64,000 nt of DNA, taken from NCBI GenBank assembly GCA_048128005.1, contig JBEUKZ010000038.1:310001-374000 (forward strand), read 5' to 3'. A model generated the notes under the pieces. It had not been told where the DNA came from and did no database searches. It saw nothing but the letters and a program-made list of their open reading frames with translations. Each line of letters opens with the position of its first letter. The stretch's first letter is position 1. A program made the translations under genes and the position numbers. This document shows, in pieces, positions 1 to 13,651 of the stretch. Source of the DNA: Veleropilina oligotropha (taxonomy: Eukaryota).

Positions 1-99
1 ATGGCGGTGGATACGACCGACTGGAAATTGAAGTCCGGCACGGGATGAGCGAGTCTTGCTCTTTGACTTGGATTTTCCTCCTTTGCCTCGTCCTGACAT
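1..99 (-). CDS. H2A: Histone H2A, 5' part only (runs off window start); separated from its promoter by the 189-bp insertion
   Basis: Identical to 8942-9040 of the next H2A copy; start codon (cat) at 97-99. Confidence 0.95.
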   Translation of the reverse strand, partial: MSGRGKGGKSKSKSKTRSSRAGLQFPVGRIHRH

Positions 100-155
100 A
101 TTTTCTTCTTATCCGTCCGTTTCGCAATTGAAATGAAGACAGTAATAGAAATAGC

Positions 156-344
156 GGTGGTGGTGGTTTGATGGAGTTTTAGGCCCGCGTCCACCTCATC
201 GGCGTTTTAGCAGGCCAGTTCCTACAGGAACCACCGGTGACAAAAATAGGGGTACACAATAACAGTGTTATGCAAGAATTACTTCTCACACCAGTGCGAC
301 ACTGTTATGTGCCTTATGCAAGTATGCACAAGATCATTACAAAA
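156..344 (-). mobile_element. 189-bp 3' fragment of a second non-LTR element (or SINE) with (ACC)n tail, inserted between H2A TATA and ATG
   Basis: Absent from all other units. Flanked by 12-bp direct repeat aatagaaatagc (144-155, 345-356). Minus strand ends ...ggcctaaaactccatcaaaccaccaccacc. Confidence 0.85.
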
Positions 345-530
345 AATAGAAATAGCACGGCCACGCCGGTCTATAATCGCTCGAAATGGATTGAAATTTC
401 ACGTATCAAATTTGGCGGCAACCAATAAGATTCTGAGCTGATCAATTAGCGCTAGGCGACCAATAGAAATGAAATCCAGTTTCAATCCACGCCACGTGAT
501 TTCAACCCTATCAAATAGCCACGAACGCTT

Positions 531-2595
531 AAATAGAAAAACACTAGCAGTCTTCATTGATTTCGAAAAAGCATACGACATGATTTGGCATGAAGGGCTC
601 AAGGAAAAAATTAAAAACTTAGGTATTACAGGCAGGATGCTAAATTGGATAGGTAATTTTTTGGAAGATAGGAAAATAAATGTAAGAGTCGAAAACTCAA
701 GATCGGAAGATTACGATCTAGAAAACGGTACGCCACAAGGTAGTGTAATCAGTCCAACTCTTTTCAACATAATGATTAATGACTTAGATAAAACTCTGAT
801 AGAAAACAAAACGACAAAATCATCATTGTTTGCAGACGATAGCGCGATATGGAACTCGAATAAAAATGTTAAAAAACTAGAAGACAAAATGAACGAAAAC
901 CTTAAACTAATTCATAAATGGTCAAACGAATGGGGATTTAAAATATCCGAATCAAAAACGGTAGGAGTACTCTTTTCTAAAGGTAGACAGTACATTAAAC
1001 CTACATTAATACTGAATAACAAGCAATTGAAAATTGAAGACCGAGCTACATTCCTAGGAATGACATTCGATCGTAAATTAACTTGGCATGCCCACATTAA
1101 CCAACTCATCAATAATTGCAATAAAATGCTCAACCTCATGAGATGCGTCTCTGGTAACGACTGGGGAGCAGATAGACAAACTTTATCACTTCTATATAAA
1201 GCCTTAATTATGTCGAGAATAGACTACGGCTGTCAGGCATACGGTTCAGCTAAACCACATCTTTTAAAGAAAATAGAGAAAATTCAAAACCAAGCCTTAA
1301 GAATAATTACAGGAGCATTCAAATCAACTCCAATAGCCAGTCTTGAAGTAGAAGCAAATATCAAACCCCTGGAACTACGTAGGAAAGAAATGACGCTTAA
1401 CTACTGGGCCAAAACTAAATCTCAAGTAGAAACCAATCCCGCGGCTAAATTAGACACTAACTGCAATGCATTCCAAAAAATAGAATACAATAAACGGTAC
1501 GTAGATCGACCACCGTACGGATTGATAACACGAAGATACAATCAAGAACTAAAACTCGATAAATTAAGTATTGCTCAAAACAGACCTGCAGATAAACCGC
1601 CTTGGCAACATAACCCTGTTAAATCATCAATACAACTTAGTCACATGATAAAGAAGGACGAGCCAGCTCTAAATATAAAAGCCACGACTCAAGCTTTCAT
1701 AGATGAAAAATGGAATGGATATTTAAAAGTTTTCACGGACGGGTCAAAGGACCCAGAAACGTCACAAACATCCGCAGCAGTGGTAATCCCAGAGTTAAAA
1801 GTAAATAAATCATTCAAACTATCAAACAACTTATCTGTGTATAGCACAGAACTGATAGCTATTGAAAAAGCATTGGAAATAATCCACATAATTGAACCAA
1901 CAAAAGTTGTAATCCTGTCAGACTCTCTAAGTGGACTCCAGTCTCTACAACCCTCAAAAAGTTCAACAAGACCAGATATAATCAATAAAATCAAATCATT
2001 AAATGATTCCCTTTATGATAAAGGAATATATATAAATCTTGAATGGATCCCAGCTCACGTAGGCATTTTAGGCAATGAAATGGCAGACACAGCAGCAAAA
2101 AAAGGAATGACAAACCCAGATTACACTCTAAATAATATCCCGCTTAGCCACAACGAAGTCAAAAGCATAGTCAGAACTCACATTAACAATGAGTGGCAAG
2201 ATCGTTGGAATCACCATGATAAAGGCAGACATCTTTTTCAACTTAAAAATAAAATAGGCAAACCAATTAAGATGCAAACTAGTAAACTTGAAAGCAAAAC
2301 AATAACGCGCCTCCGACTCGGGCATTCAGGTCTACTAGCTCATAGATACAGAATTAAATCTTGTGAATCGCCAAAATGTCCCCATTGCGACTTTCCAGAA
2401 ACAGTCGATCATTACCTGTTAGAATGTCCCGCACATATAAATGAAAGACAAAAGCTTAAAGATACGTTAAAAACAGCTAATATACTTGAAATTGACAAAA
2501 AAACACTTCTAGCACCACCAGAACCAGTAGCTACCTACACATATAGGGCATTAGCTAAATATATCAAAGACACCGGTTACATAAACAAAATATAG
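531..2595 (+). pseudogene. 5'-truncated LINE ORF2 (partial RT, RNase H, CCHC)
   Basis: FIDFEKAYD, PQGSVISP, FADD, FTDGSK, WIPAHVGILGNEMAD motifs; lacks the APE domain and N-terminal RT. Confidence 0.95.
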
Positions 2596-3579
2596 ATAAG
2601 TGCGCCACCACTAGGCAATAAACTGGCAAAACCAGGATCTTAATAATATAAGGAGAGGAATAGAGGGAGGTCAGTAAGCAAAACTACCTCAAACCAACAC
2701 CAACCAAAAAAATATCTAACTAGTTAGACAACGAGTTGGTATGATTCTAGACAAACAACCGCGCGCGGTTTGTCTAAAGGCGGCAACTCGTCACCGCCAG
2801 TGATAATGAGTTGGTATGATTCTAGTGTTTCCTGCACTAAAGGCGGCAACTCATTTCCTGGCGGAATAGCAATTTGTTTTGTATGATTACGTTTGTCTAA
2901 AGGCGGCAACTCGTCACCGCCAGTGATAATGAGTTGGTATGATTCTAGTGTTTCCTGCACTAAGGGCGGCAACTCATTTCCTGGCGGAATAGAAATTTGT
3001 TTTGTATGATTACATAATCATTTATAATTTATATTGAAACATTCGCGTAAAAACAAACTATATCTCTACAACATCTACATACCTTACCAGCTTTTTTTTC
3101 GCCATTCCGAGGCTCCACAGGATCTTAATAATATAAGGAGAGGAATATAGGGAGGTCAGTCAGCAAAACTACCTCAAACCAACACCAAAAAAATACAAAA
3201 AAAATAAAATCCAAAAATATTTCATATTTATATGTTTTTCACTTTTTCACCTCTTGCACTGCACTATACATAACTCATACCCAACACACGAAACCAGGCA
3301 TACTCATGGAGGATGGAGTATGCCTTGTTGCAACTTTCTTTTATCTTCTCAAATATCAAATAAAATACCGAAACAGCAAATAAAATACATCCACTGCATA
3401 ACACTACACATCACTCACTCATCCTCCAACTTAATTAACTTATTTTTCAACATTTCGGAATTTTAATTCAGGCTATTACATTTTAATTTATTCTCTCGAT
3501 TAAAGCCTTTTTTCAACTACATAGCATATTGATTAACTACATGTTGAAATGTTATGTAGACGCAATATATTGATATATT

Positions 3580-3612
<33 letters not shown>

Positions 3613-3771
3613 TATAACCTTTATTTTTATTTTATTTTTTTATTACTAGTAATATAACCGTTATAACTTACAAGTTACGGCAGTACGATCGATGATGATT
3701 AATGTTAATGTCTGTCAACTTATCACTAAATAAATGCAGTAACTACTAAATTTATTTTCTATTATTTACAG

Positions 3772-4062
3772 TTTTTTTTTTGGTGGCCCTGAATCGGTGC
3801 GTTGGTGAAAGGGGCCGTTGGATGCTGGACGGACGGTGTGTCTGGCCGCCGGGTCCGTGCGGGTTTCGGCCTTGTCTCTTCGGTGCGTGGACGGCGTCCG
3901 TGGCGGTGGCGGTCTTCCTCTTGGCGTGCTCGGTGTGGGTGGCGGCGTTGCGGATGACATTTTCTGGGAGCGTCGCGGATGACATTTTCTGGGAGCGTCG
4001 CGGGTCTCTTCGTGGGTGGGTCTGGAGATGCGCTCCGCCACGTCGGGCCAGACGGCGGATGG
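3772..4062 (-). pseudogene. Antisense, hypermutated H4 mRNA fragment in LINE 3' UTR (copy 1)
   Basis: Minus strand reads IRRLARRGG...[40 protein letters not shown], then a stem-loop remnant and A10. Confidence 0.95.
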
Positions 4063-4223
4063 GACATATACGACATCCATGGCGGAAAACAAATACAAAG
4101 AAGAACGACAACTAGAAAGACAAGAGGTCGAAATCACGGAAAACGTGGAAGACCTCGTTAAAATCGAATTAAACAACAAACAACAACAACGCTTATTTTT
4201 CATCACATCTACCTGATACAAGC

Positions 4224-4592
4224 ATGCCACCAAAAGTTAGTTCTAAGGGAGCGAAGAAGGCAGGAAAGGCGAAAGCCGCACGGGGCGGAGACAAGAAGAG
4301 GAGACGCAAGAGGAAGGAAAGCTACAGCATTTACATCTACAAAGTCATGAAGCAGGTCCATCCCGACACTGGCATCTCGTCGAAGGCCATGGTCATCATG
4401 AACAGCTTCGTAAACGACATCTTCGAGCGCATCGCCGGAGAAGCATCCCGCCTCGCACAGTACAACAAGAGGTCGACCATCACCAGCCGAGAGATCCAAA
4501 CCGCCGTCCGCTTGCTCCTGCCCGGTGAACTGGCAAAGCACGCTGTCAGTGAGGGAACGAAAGCGGTCACCAAATACACCAGCAGCAAGTAA
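4224..4592 (+). CDS. H2B: Histone H2B (intact CDS, displaced from promoter by LINE)
   Basis: [26 protein letters not shown]...AVTKYTSSK. Confidence 0.98.
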   Translation: MPPKVSSKGAKKAGKAKAARGGDKKRRRKRKESYSIYIYKVMKQVHPDTGISSKAMVIMNSFVNDIFERIAGEASRLAQYNKRSTITSREIQTAVRLLLPGELAKHAVSEGTKAVTKYTSSK

Positions 4593-4623
4593 ATATTCGG
4601 ATATATCTTGCCTGACAACCAAC

Positions 4624-4663
4624 GGCCCTTTTCAGGGCCACCTAAATCTTCCGAGAGAATACC
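4624..4663 (+). terminator. Histone 3' stem-loop (ggcccttttcagggcc) + downstream element tcttccgagagaatacc; equivalent after every complete histone gene in the array
   Basis: Canonical 6-bp stem/4-nt loop. Same motif after H4 (~5965), H3 (~7692) and H2A (minus, ~8616-8631). Confidence 0.95.
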
Positions 4664-5460
4664 ACTGTTATGCCATAGCGTTTGCTTGCTTAGCTAAGGA
4701 AATTGTAATAAGTTAATTGGTAGTTTACATAGAAACATACAAACATTCACCCATTTCATAACGCAAAGTAAGTTGCTCAATAAAAACACCAAACCTTTAT
4801 TCGTTTTCGCACGACCCTCCAATGTTTGTTGTCATCTGCCGATAAACATTATTCTAATATTCACCAAGCTGGCATAATAGTGTTAATGTGGCTGTTGTCC
4901 GCTTCGGAGTCTTGTTCTACTCACCAGACCGAACGAACACGACTAACGGCCTTCGCTAGGCTTTATAGGACACGCTTGCGTTTCCAGATCCCCAACAATG
5001 TTATTCTTATCCGAAAGTCTTTATTTTATCCTTGGCTAAACGGAAAATTCACGCCACGGACTGCTTCGAACGATGGTTTTCAACTGTCAAACAGCAGCAT
5101 CAAAAAATACGAACACGGCTGATCGCACCCACGAAGTATGAAAAACTATAGGGCTGCTATTGATTGCGTATGTTCATAATACGAAAGTTATAACGTTAAA
5201 TTACTTTGTATGGAAGTTATTGTTGCTAAAGATCATCTTTACGAGCGATAGTCATTATTAATAGGCTCATTCGTGTGGTACTTTCCCTTGAGTACGGAGT
5301 TGGTTGCGCATTAGCAAAAAAACGTATTCACAACTGTATGAAAATAAATTGTATTGTGAAATCAAGCAAAAATTGCCGAATACGATAAATGGCCTAGTAG
5401 AAATCGTGCTTAACAGTTTTTACGTAATCAACGAAGCCTACCACTCGAATGGGGGCTATT

Positions 5461-5580
5461 GTTTCTCTTGGCGAAATTAGGAGAACAATGATTGGCCGAT
5501 CGTTTCGTCGAAATCGTATTCTGACCAATCGGGTTAGCGGCGAGGGGTTTTCCTTAGCGTCCGCCACAACGGTATATAAC
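5461..5580 (+). promoter_or_regulatory. H4 promoter: E2F-like ttggcgaaa, inverted/direct CCAAT, TATA (tatataa 5573-5579)
   Basis: Motifs read directly ~45-155 bp upstream of the H4 ATG; repeated in each unit. Confidence 0.75.
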
Positions 5581-5584
5581 ATAA

Positions 5585-5935
<351 letters not shown>

Positions 5936-6489
5936 ACTCACCGCTTTTCTAACGAAGTTCCAACGGCCCTTTTCAGGGCCACCAAATTCTTCCGAGAGAA
6001 TACCCTAATTGTGCCAATTCGTATATCTTGTAGCATAAATTACATGTGCATCAATTAGGCTTTGCACACGCAAACGCGCATTACGCTTTTAACAGTAAAT
6101 TGCATACAGACTCGTCAAATGATACGGAAATGCACTCGATTACACTAATTGTGCAGGGAACAATTGTTAGCTCAGCTATTGTTTTTTGTTTTAAATTCAT
6201 TGAATTTAGTCATTTAAACAATACACTCGATTTTTGGTTTCCAAGTGATCAAATAAATAGCAATTAATCTACCCGAAACACACCACGAGTTATTTCCCTT
6301 GCACCGTTGGGCCAACTGAACAAAGAACAAATTATGAAATCTAACGACGATCTTGATACTCCGGCGCACAACGCATTGCACGCGACAACACGATATAGCT
6401 ATAGCGACTTCGAATTGGGTGCACAATGTAAAAAAAATGATACTCACCATAAAAAACCTCAAATAGAAAAACAGTGGCGCGCTTTCTCA

Positions 6490-6945
6490 CTCTCTCGAAA
6501 TCTTCATCAACAGAAAAGAACGATGAATAAATATGGCAATAGAGCATTTATCAACAATGCCCCAACACTCTGGAACAAACTCACATCTAAAGTAAAGGAA
6601 AGTACAACTCTGGCAGGTTTTCGGAAGACATTGATTACACACCTATTTGCTGATGTATATGCCAACCTGATCACGTCTCACTAACAATTCGAATTAGCTG
6701 ACATCGTAGTAGTGGATGACAGTAATGACTGGTTCACATTCGGTTATTGTTATTGCTTGCATCATATGTATCATTTAAAATTGGTTGAAGTTCATGCTAG
6801 TGGCTGCTTCACCTCTTTGTCTGATTGTGCTTGGGAAAACAAAATAATTTTATTGGGAATTATTGTATTCATGGTATCATTGATGTTTCCCCTACAGGTA
6901 TATTCTCATGTACTGTAATATTAAATAATAAATAACAATAATAAT
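6490..6945 (+). mobile_element. Degenerate 3' end of an L2/CR1-type LINE fixed in the H4-H3 spacer of every unit (boundaries approximate)
   Basis: 6532-6648 translates YGNRAFINNAPTLWNKLTSKVKESTTLAGFRKTLITHLF, resembling the CR1/L2 ORF2 C-terminus. An (AAT)-rich tail-like tract follows at 6923-6945. Confidence 0.7.
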
Positions 6946-7077
6946 TCAGGCAACGAATATTTGTAAAAAAAAATTAATATCAAGTTAAAAATCAATGTTG
7001 GGACTACTTCTAGCACGTTAAACGCTTGCATCGTTGATACTTTCCTTATTTATTTACACCGGTTAAAATATTTTCTG

Positions 7078-7195
7078 CACCGCGCCACTAAATTGCCGGA
7101 AATGGATAGAAAACTGAAACCATTTCGTCCAATGAAACTGATCGTCCAATGAGAGGCCTGGCTGTAATTGGCGCGAGATACGATTAAATAGGGAC
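7078..7195 (+). promoter_or_regulatory. H3 promoter: two tcgtccaatga CCAAT boxes, E2F-like ttggcgcg, TATA-like ttaaata
   Basis: Motifs upstream of the H3 ATG at 7252. Confidence 0.65.
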
Positions 7196-7218
7196 AGTTA
7201 GGAGTAAAGATGCATTGA

Positions 7219-7662
<444 letters not shown>

Positions 7663-8021
7663 AGCTTAGGCGTCGCTCCATGCAAACCAACGGCCCTTTT
7701 CAGGGCCACCAACATCCTCCGAAAGAATACCTTTGTTAACATCCCATACGTTCAAAACCGCCCGCATTTACTGACTTAAAAATTTACTTTGTAAGTAGTA
7801 AAATTCCATATTTTTGGTAGTAAAATTGAACAATAAATAGTTAATTTCACTATTTAAATAGTTTATATTAGGATACTACTTAAATTAGTGAATAATATTC
7901 ACATATATGCTCTGTCCGTTCACGCATAAACGAAGTACTCTTACATTGCAGCATTGAATTCAAAATGAGATCCAATGCTCAATAATGAATATGCGTTTGA
8001 TATGCAAAATGTCACTTGCGT

Positions 8022-8051
8022 TGTGTGTGTGTGGGGGGGGGGGGGGGGGGG
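8022..8051 (+). repeat. (TG)n-poly(G) tract in H3-H2A spacer, length-variable between units
   Basis: tgtgtgtgtgt followed by G19 here; variants near 41466 and 46544. Confidence 0.9.
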
Positions 8052-8662
8052 TGTTAATTGACAGGATGTTCGAATCGCGCCCGATTTCTTCAGTTTTCAT
8101 TTATTCATTAGCGTCGACGCCTGTATTTTCATAATCTTAATATTACAATGGAAAATATATTAAAAAGTGGTCTCAAAATATATTATGTTACCAAATCATT
8201 TATTTGTCATCGCATTTATACATACATCTGAAAATATTACACGTTCTGGAAGGATGTCTCAAGAAAATCTTTTGAGCCCGTTAGTCAAGACACCCCGAGA
8301 AGACGTGCAATAAAATGTATGTAAAACCAAAACATAAATAAATTAAACAACAGTGGGTTTTATAAAGTGTGATAGATTGCTAGTTTCCTAAATTTGCATA
8401 TTTACAATTAGTCTTGCATATCAGCATAATGTAGAAGAAATGTTGCTTTTAATGTGTTGTTGTATGGTATTTAAATTTCCTGTTTCTGTTGACAGTTTTT
8501 CTAGAATTATAATCGAAGATAATCGTTTGTTTGTTGTACAATGTGGTACATGAAATTTATCTTTAGTATGGATACGTTGTGGCACAACTAGGGTATTCTA
8601 TCGGAAGATTTTGGTGGCCCTGAAAAGGGCCGTTGGTTACTTGGTCCGTAAAACCGAATCTG

Positions 8663-9040
8663 TTACTTGGCAGCCTTGGAGCTCTTCTTGGGTAGAAGCA
8701 CCGCTTGGATGTTGGGTAGCACACCACCCTGGGCGATGGTTACTCCGGACAGCAGTCTGTTCAGCTCCTCGTCGTTGCGGATGGCCAGCTGGAGGTGACG
8801 GGGAATGATTCTCGTCTTCTTGTTGTCTCGGGCGGCGTTACCTGCCAACTCGAGGACTTCAGCGGCAAGATATTCCATCACAGCAGCCAGGTAGACTGGA
8901 GCCCCAGCGCCGACACGCTCGGCATAATGTCCTTTTCGGAGATGGCGGTGGATACGACCGACTGGAAATTGAAGTCCGGCACGGGATGAGCGAGTCTTGC
9001 TCTTTGACTTGGATTTTCCTCCTTTGCCTCGTCCTGACAT
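8663..9040 (-). CDS. H2A: Histone H2A
   Basis: [14 protein letters not shown]...[18 protein letters not shown]. Confidence 0.99.
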   Translation of the reverse strand: MSGRGKGGKSKSKSKTRSSRAGLQFPVGRIHRHLRKGHYAERVGAGAPVYLAAVMEYLAAEVLELAGNAARDNKKTRIIPRHLQLAIRNDEELNRLLSGVTIAQGGVLPNIQAVLLPKKSSKAAK

Positions 9041-9299
9041 ATTTTCTTCTTATCCGTCCGTTTCGCAATTGAAATGAAGACAGTAATAGAAATAGCACGG
9101 CCACGCCGGTCTATAATCGCTCGAAATGGATTGAAATTTCACGTATCAAATTTGGCGGCAACCAATAAGATTCTGAGCTGATCAATTAGCGCTAGGCGAC
9201 CAATAGAAATGAAATCCAGTTTCAATCCACGCCACGTGATTTCAACCCTATCAAATAGCCACGAACGCTTATTTTTCATCACATCTACCTGATACAAGC
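9041..9299. promoter_or_regulatory. Divergent H2A/H2B promoter (uninterrupted allele)
   Basis: 259 bp between ATGs. TATA-like ctataat (~9111) and tatcaaata (9249). Two CCAAT boxes. E2F-like tttggcggc. 10-bp inverted pair tggattgaaa (9127-9136)/tttcaatcca (9220-9229). Confidence 0.8.
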
Positions 9300-9668
9300 A
9301 TGCCACCAAAAGTTAGTTCTAAGGGAGCGAAGAAGGCAGGAAAGGCGAAAGCCGCACGGGGCGGAGACAAGAAGAGGAGACGCAAGAGGAAGGAAAGCTA
9401 CAGCATTTACATCTACAAAGTCATGAAGCAGGTCCATCCCGACACTGGCATCTCGTCGAAGGCCATGGTCATCATGAACAGCTTCGTAAACGACATCTTC
9501 GAGCGCATCGCCGGAGAAGCATCCCGCCTCGCACAGTACAACAAGAGGTCGACCATCACCAGCCGAGAGATCCAAACCGCCGTCCGCTTGCTCCTGCCCG
9601 GTGAACTGGCAAAGCACGCTGTCAGTGAGGGAACGAAAGCGGTCACCAAATACACCAGCAGCAAGTAA
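9300..9668 (+). CDS. H2B: Histone H2B
   Basis: Identical 122-aa H2B. Confidence 0.99.
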   Translation: MPPKVSSKGAKKAGKAKAARGGDKKRRRKRKESYSIYIYKVMKQVHPDTGISSKAMVIMNSFVNDIFERIAGEASRLAQYNKRSTITSREIQTAVRLLLPGELAKHAVSEGTKAVTKYTSSK

Positions 9669-10680
9669 ATATTCGGATATATCTTGCCTGACAACCAACG
9701 GCCCTTTTCAGGGCCACCTAAATCTTCCGAGAGAATACCACTGTTATGCCATAGCGTTTGCTTGCTTAGCTAAGGAAATTGTAATAAGTTAATTGGTAGT
9801 TTACATAGAAACATACAAACATTCACCCATTTCATAACGCAAAGTAAGTTGCTCAATAAAAACACCAAACCTTTATTCGTTTTCGCACGACCCTCCAATG
9901 TTTGTTGTCATCTGCCGATAAACATTATTCTAATATTCACCAAGCTGGCATAATAGTGTTAATGTGGCTGTTGTCCGCTTCGGAGTCTTGTTCTACTCAC
10001 CAGACCGAACGAACACGACTAACGGCCTTCGCTAGGCTTTATAGGACACGCTTGCGTTTCCAGATCCCCAACAATGTTATTCTTATCCGAAAGTCTTTAT
10101 TTTATCCTTGGCTAAACGGAAAATTCACGCCACGGACTGCTTCGAACGATGGTTTTCAACTGTCAAACAGCAGCATCAAAAAATACGAACACGGCTGATC
10201 GCACCCACGAAGTATGAAAAACTATAGGGCTGCTATTGATTGCGTATGTTCATAATACGAAAGTTATAACGTTAAATTACTTTGTATGGAAGTTATTGTT
10301 GCTAAAGATCATCTTTACGAGCGATAGTCATTATTAATAGGCTCATTCGTGTGGTACTTTCCCTTGAGTACGGAGTTGGTTGCGCATTAGCAAAAAAACG
10401 TATTCACAACTGTATGAAAATAAATTGTATTGTGAAATCAAGCAAAAATTGCCGAATACGATAAATGGCCTAGTAGAAATCGTGCTTAACAGTTTTTACG
10501 TAATCAACGAAGCCTACCACTCGAATGGGGGCTATTGTTTCTCTTGGCGAAATTAGGAGAACAATGATTGGCCGATCGTTTCGTCGAAATCGTATTCTGA
10601 CCAATCGGGTTAGCGGCGAGGGGTTTTCCTTAGCGTCCGCCACAACGGTATATAACATAATGGGATTTTGTTTTTTTGGG

Positions 10681-11924
<1,244 letters not shown>

Positions 11925-13207
11925 ACTCACCGCTTTTCTAACGAAGTTCCAACGGCCCTTTTCAGGGCCACCAAATTCTTCCGAGAGAATACCCTAATTG
12001 TGCCAATTCGTATATCTTGTAGCATAAATTACATGTGCATCAATTAGGCTTTGCACACGCAAACGCGCATTACGCTTTTAACAGTAAATTGCATACAGAC
12101 TCGTCAAATGATACGGAAATGCACTCGATTACACTAATTGTGCAGGGAACAATTGTTAGCTCAGCTATTGTTTTTTGTTTTAAATTCATTGAATTTAGTC
12201 ATTTAAACAATACACTCGATTTTTGGTTTCCAAGTGATCAAATAAATAGCAATTAATCTACCCGAAACACACCACGAGTTATTTCCCTTGCACCGTTGGG
12301 CCAACTGAACAAAGAACAAATTATGAAATCTAACGACGATCTTGATACTCCGGCGCACAACGCATTGCACGCGACAACACGATATAGCTATAGCGACTTC
12401 GAATTGGGTGCACAATGTAAAAAAAATGATACTCACCATAAAAAACCTCAAATAGAAAAACAGTGGCGCGCTTTCTCACTCTCTCGAAATCTTCATCAAC
12501 AGAAAAGAACGATGAATAAATATGGCAATAGAGCATTTATCAACAATGCCCCAACACTCTGGAACAAACTCACATCTAAAGTAAAGGAAAGTACAACTCT
12601 GGCAGGTTTTCGGAAGACATTGATTACACACCTATTTGCTGATGTATATGCCAACCTGATCACGTCTCACTAACAATTCGAATTAGCTGACATCGTAGTA
12701 GTGGATGACAGTAATGACTGGTTCACATTCGGTTATTGTTATTGCTTGCATCATATGTATCATTTAAAATTGGTTGAAGTTCATGCTAGTGGCTGCTTCA
12801 CCTCTTTGTCTGATTGTGCTTGGGAAAACAAAATAATTTTATTGGGAATTATTGTATTCATGGTATCATTGATGTTTCCCCTACAGGTATATTCTCATGT
12901 ACTGTAATATTAAATAATAAATAACAATAATAATTCAGGCAACGAATATTTGTAAAAAAAAATTAATATCAAGTTAAAAATCAATGTTGGGACTACTTCT
13001 AGCACGTTAAACGCTTGCATCGTTGATACTTTCCTTATTTATTTACACCGGTTAAAATATTTTCTGCACCGCGCCACTAAATTGCCGGAAATGGATAGAA
13101 AACTGAAACCATTTCGTCCAATGAAACTGATCGTCCAATGAGAGGCCTGGCTGTAATTGGCGCGAGATACGATTAAATAGGGACAGTTAGGAGTAAAGAT
13201 GCATTGA

Positions 13208-13651
<444 letters not shown>

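Larger units (their letters stand above)
531..4187 (+). mobile_element. 5'-truncated copy (3.66 kb) of the I-group LINE, inserted between the H2B TATA-like box and ATG
   Basis: Near-identical to 20181-23850. (AAC)n tail. TSD aacgctt(a) at 524-530 and 4188-4194. Empty site visible at 9264-9271. Confidence 0.97.

Noticed and set aside
469..2595. 708-aa ORF as a standalone RT-RNase H gene
   Set aside because: Chimeric. The first ~21 codons are H2A/H2B promoter sequence fortuitously in frame with a 5'-truncated LINE ORF2, and the ATG lies upstream of the H2B TATA-like box.
2724..2972. 82-aa minus-strand ORF with an internal 41-aa repeat
   Set aside because: By-product of the 123-bp tandem duplication in the LINE 3' UTR.
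3752..4111. Minus-strand 119-aa H4-like ORF as a novel histone variant
   Set aside because: Lacks the N-terminal third and has indels, a 25-bp duplication and a lost stop. Its amino-acid changes mostly follow T>C and destroy conserved hydrophobic residues, so this is mutational bias rather than protein evolution.
4209..4622. Antisense/alternative-frame ORFs over histone genes and short spacer ORFs (e.g. 4826-5122, 6046-6267, 6712-6918)
   Set aside because: No recognisable domains. They recur only because the whole unit is repeated.
4664..5460. H1, 5S rRNA or tRNA gene hidden in the spacers
   Set aside because: No Lys/Ala-rich H1 ORF, extra stem-loop, or recognisable 5S/tRNA motifs seen by eye. 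A covariance-model scan was not possible.
8392..8399. Octamer atttgcat as an H2B Oct-1 element
   Set aside because: It lies in the spacer between the convergent 3' ends of H3 and H2A, not in the H2B promoter.
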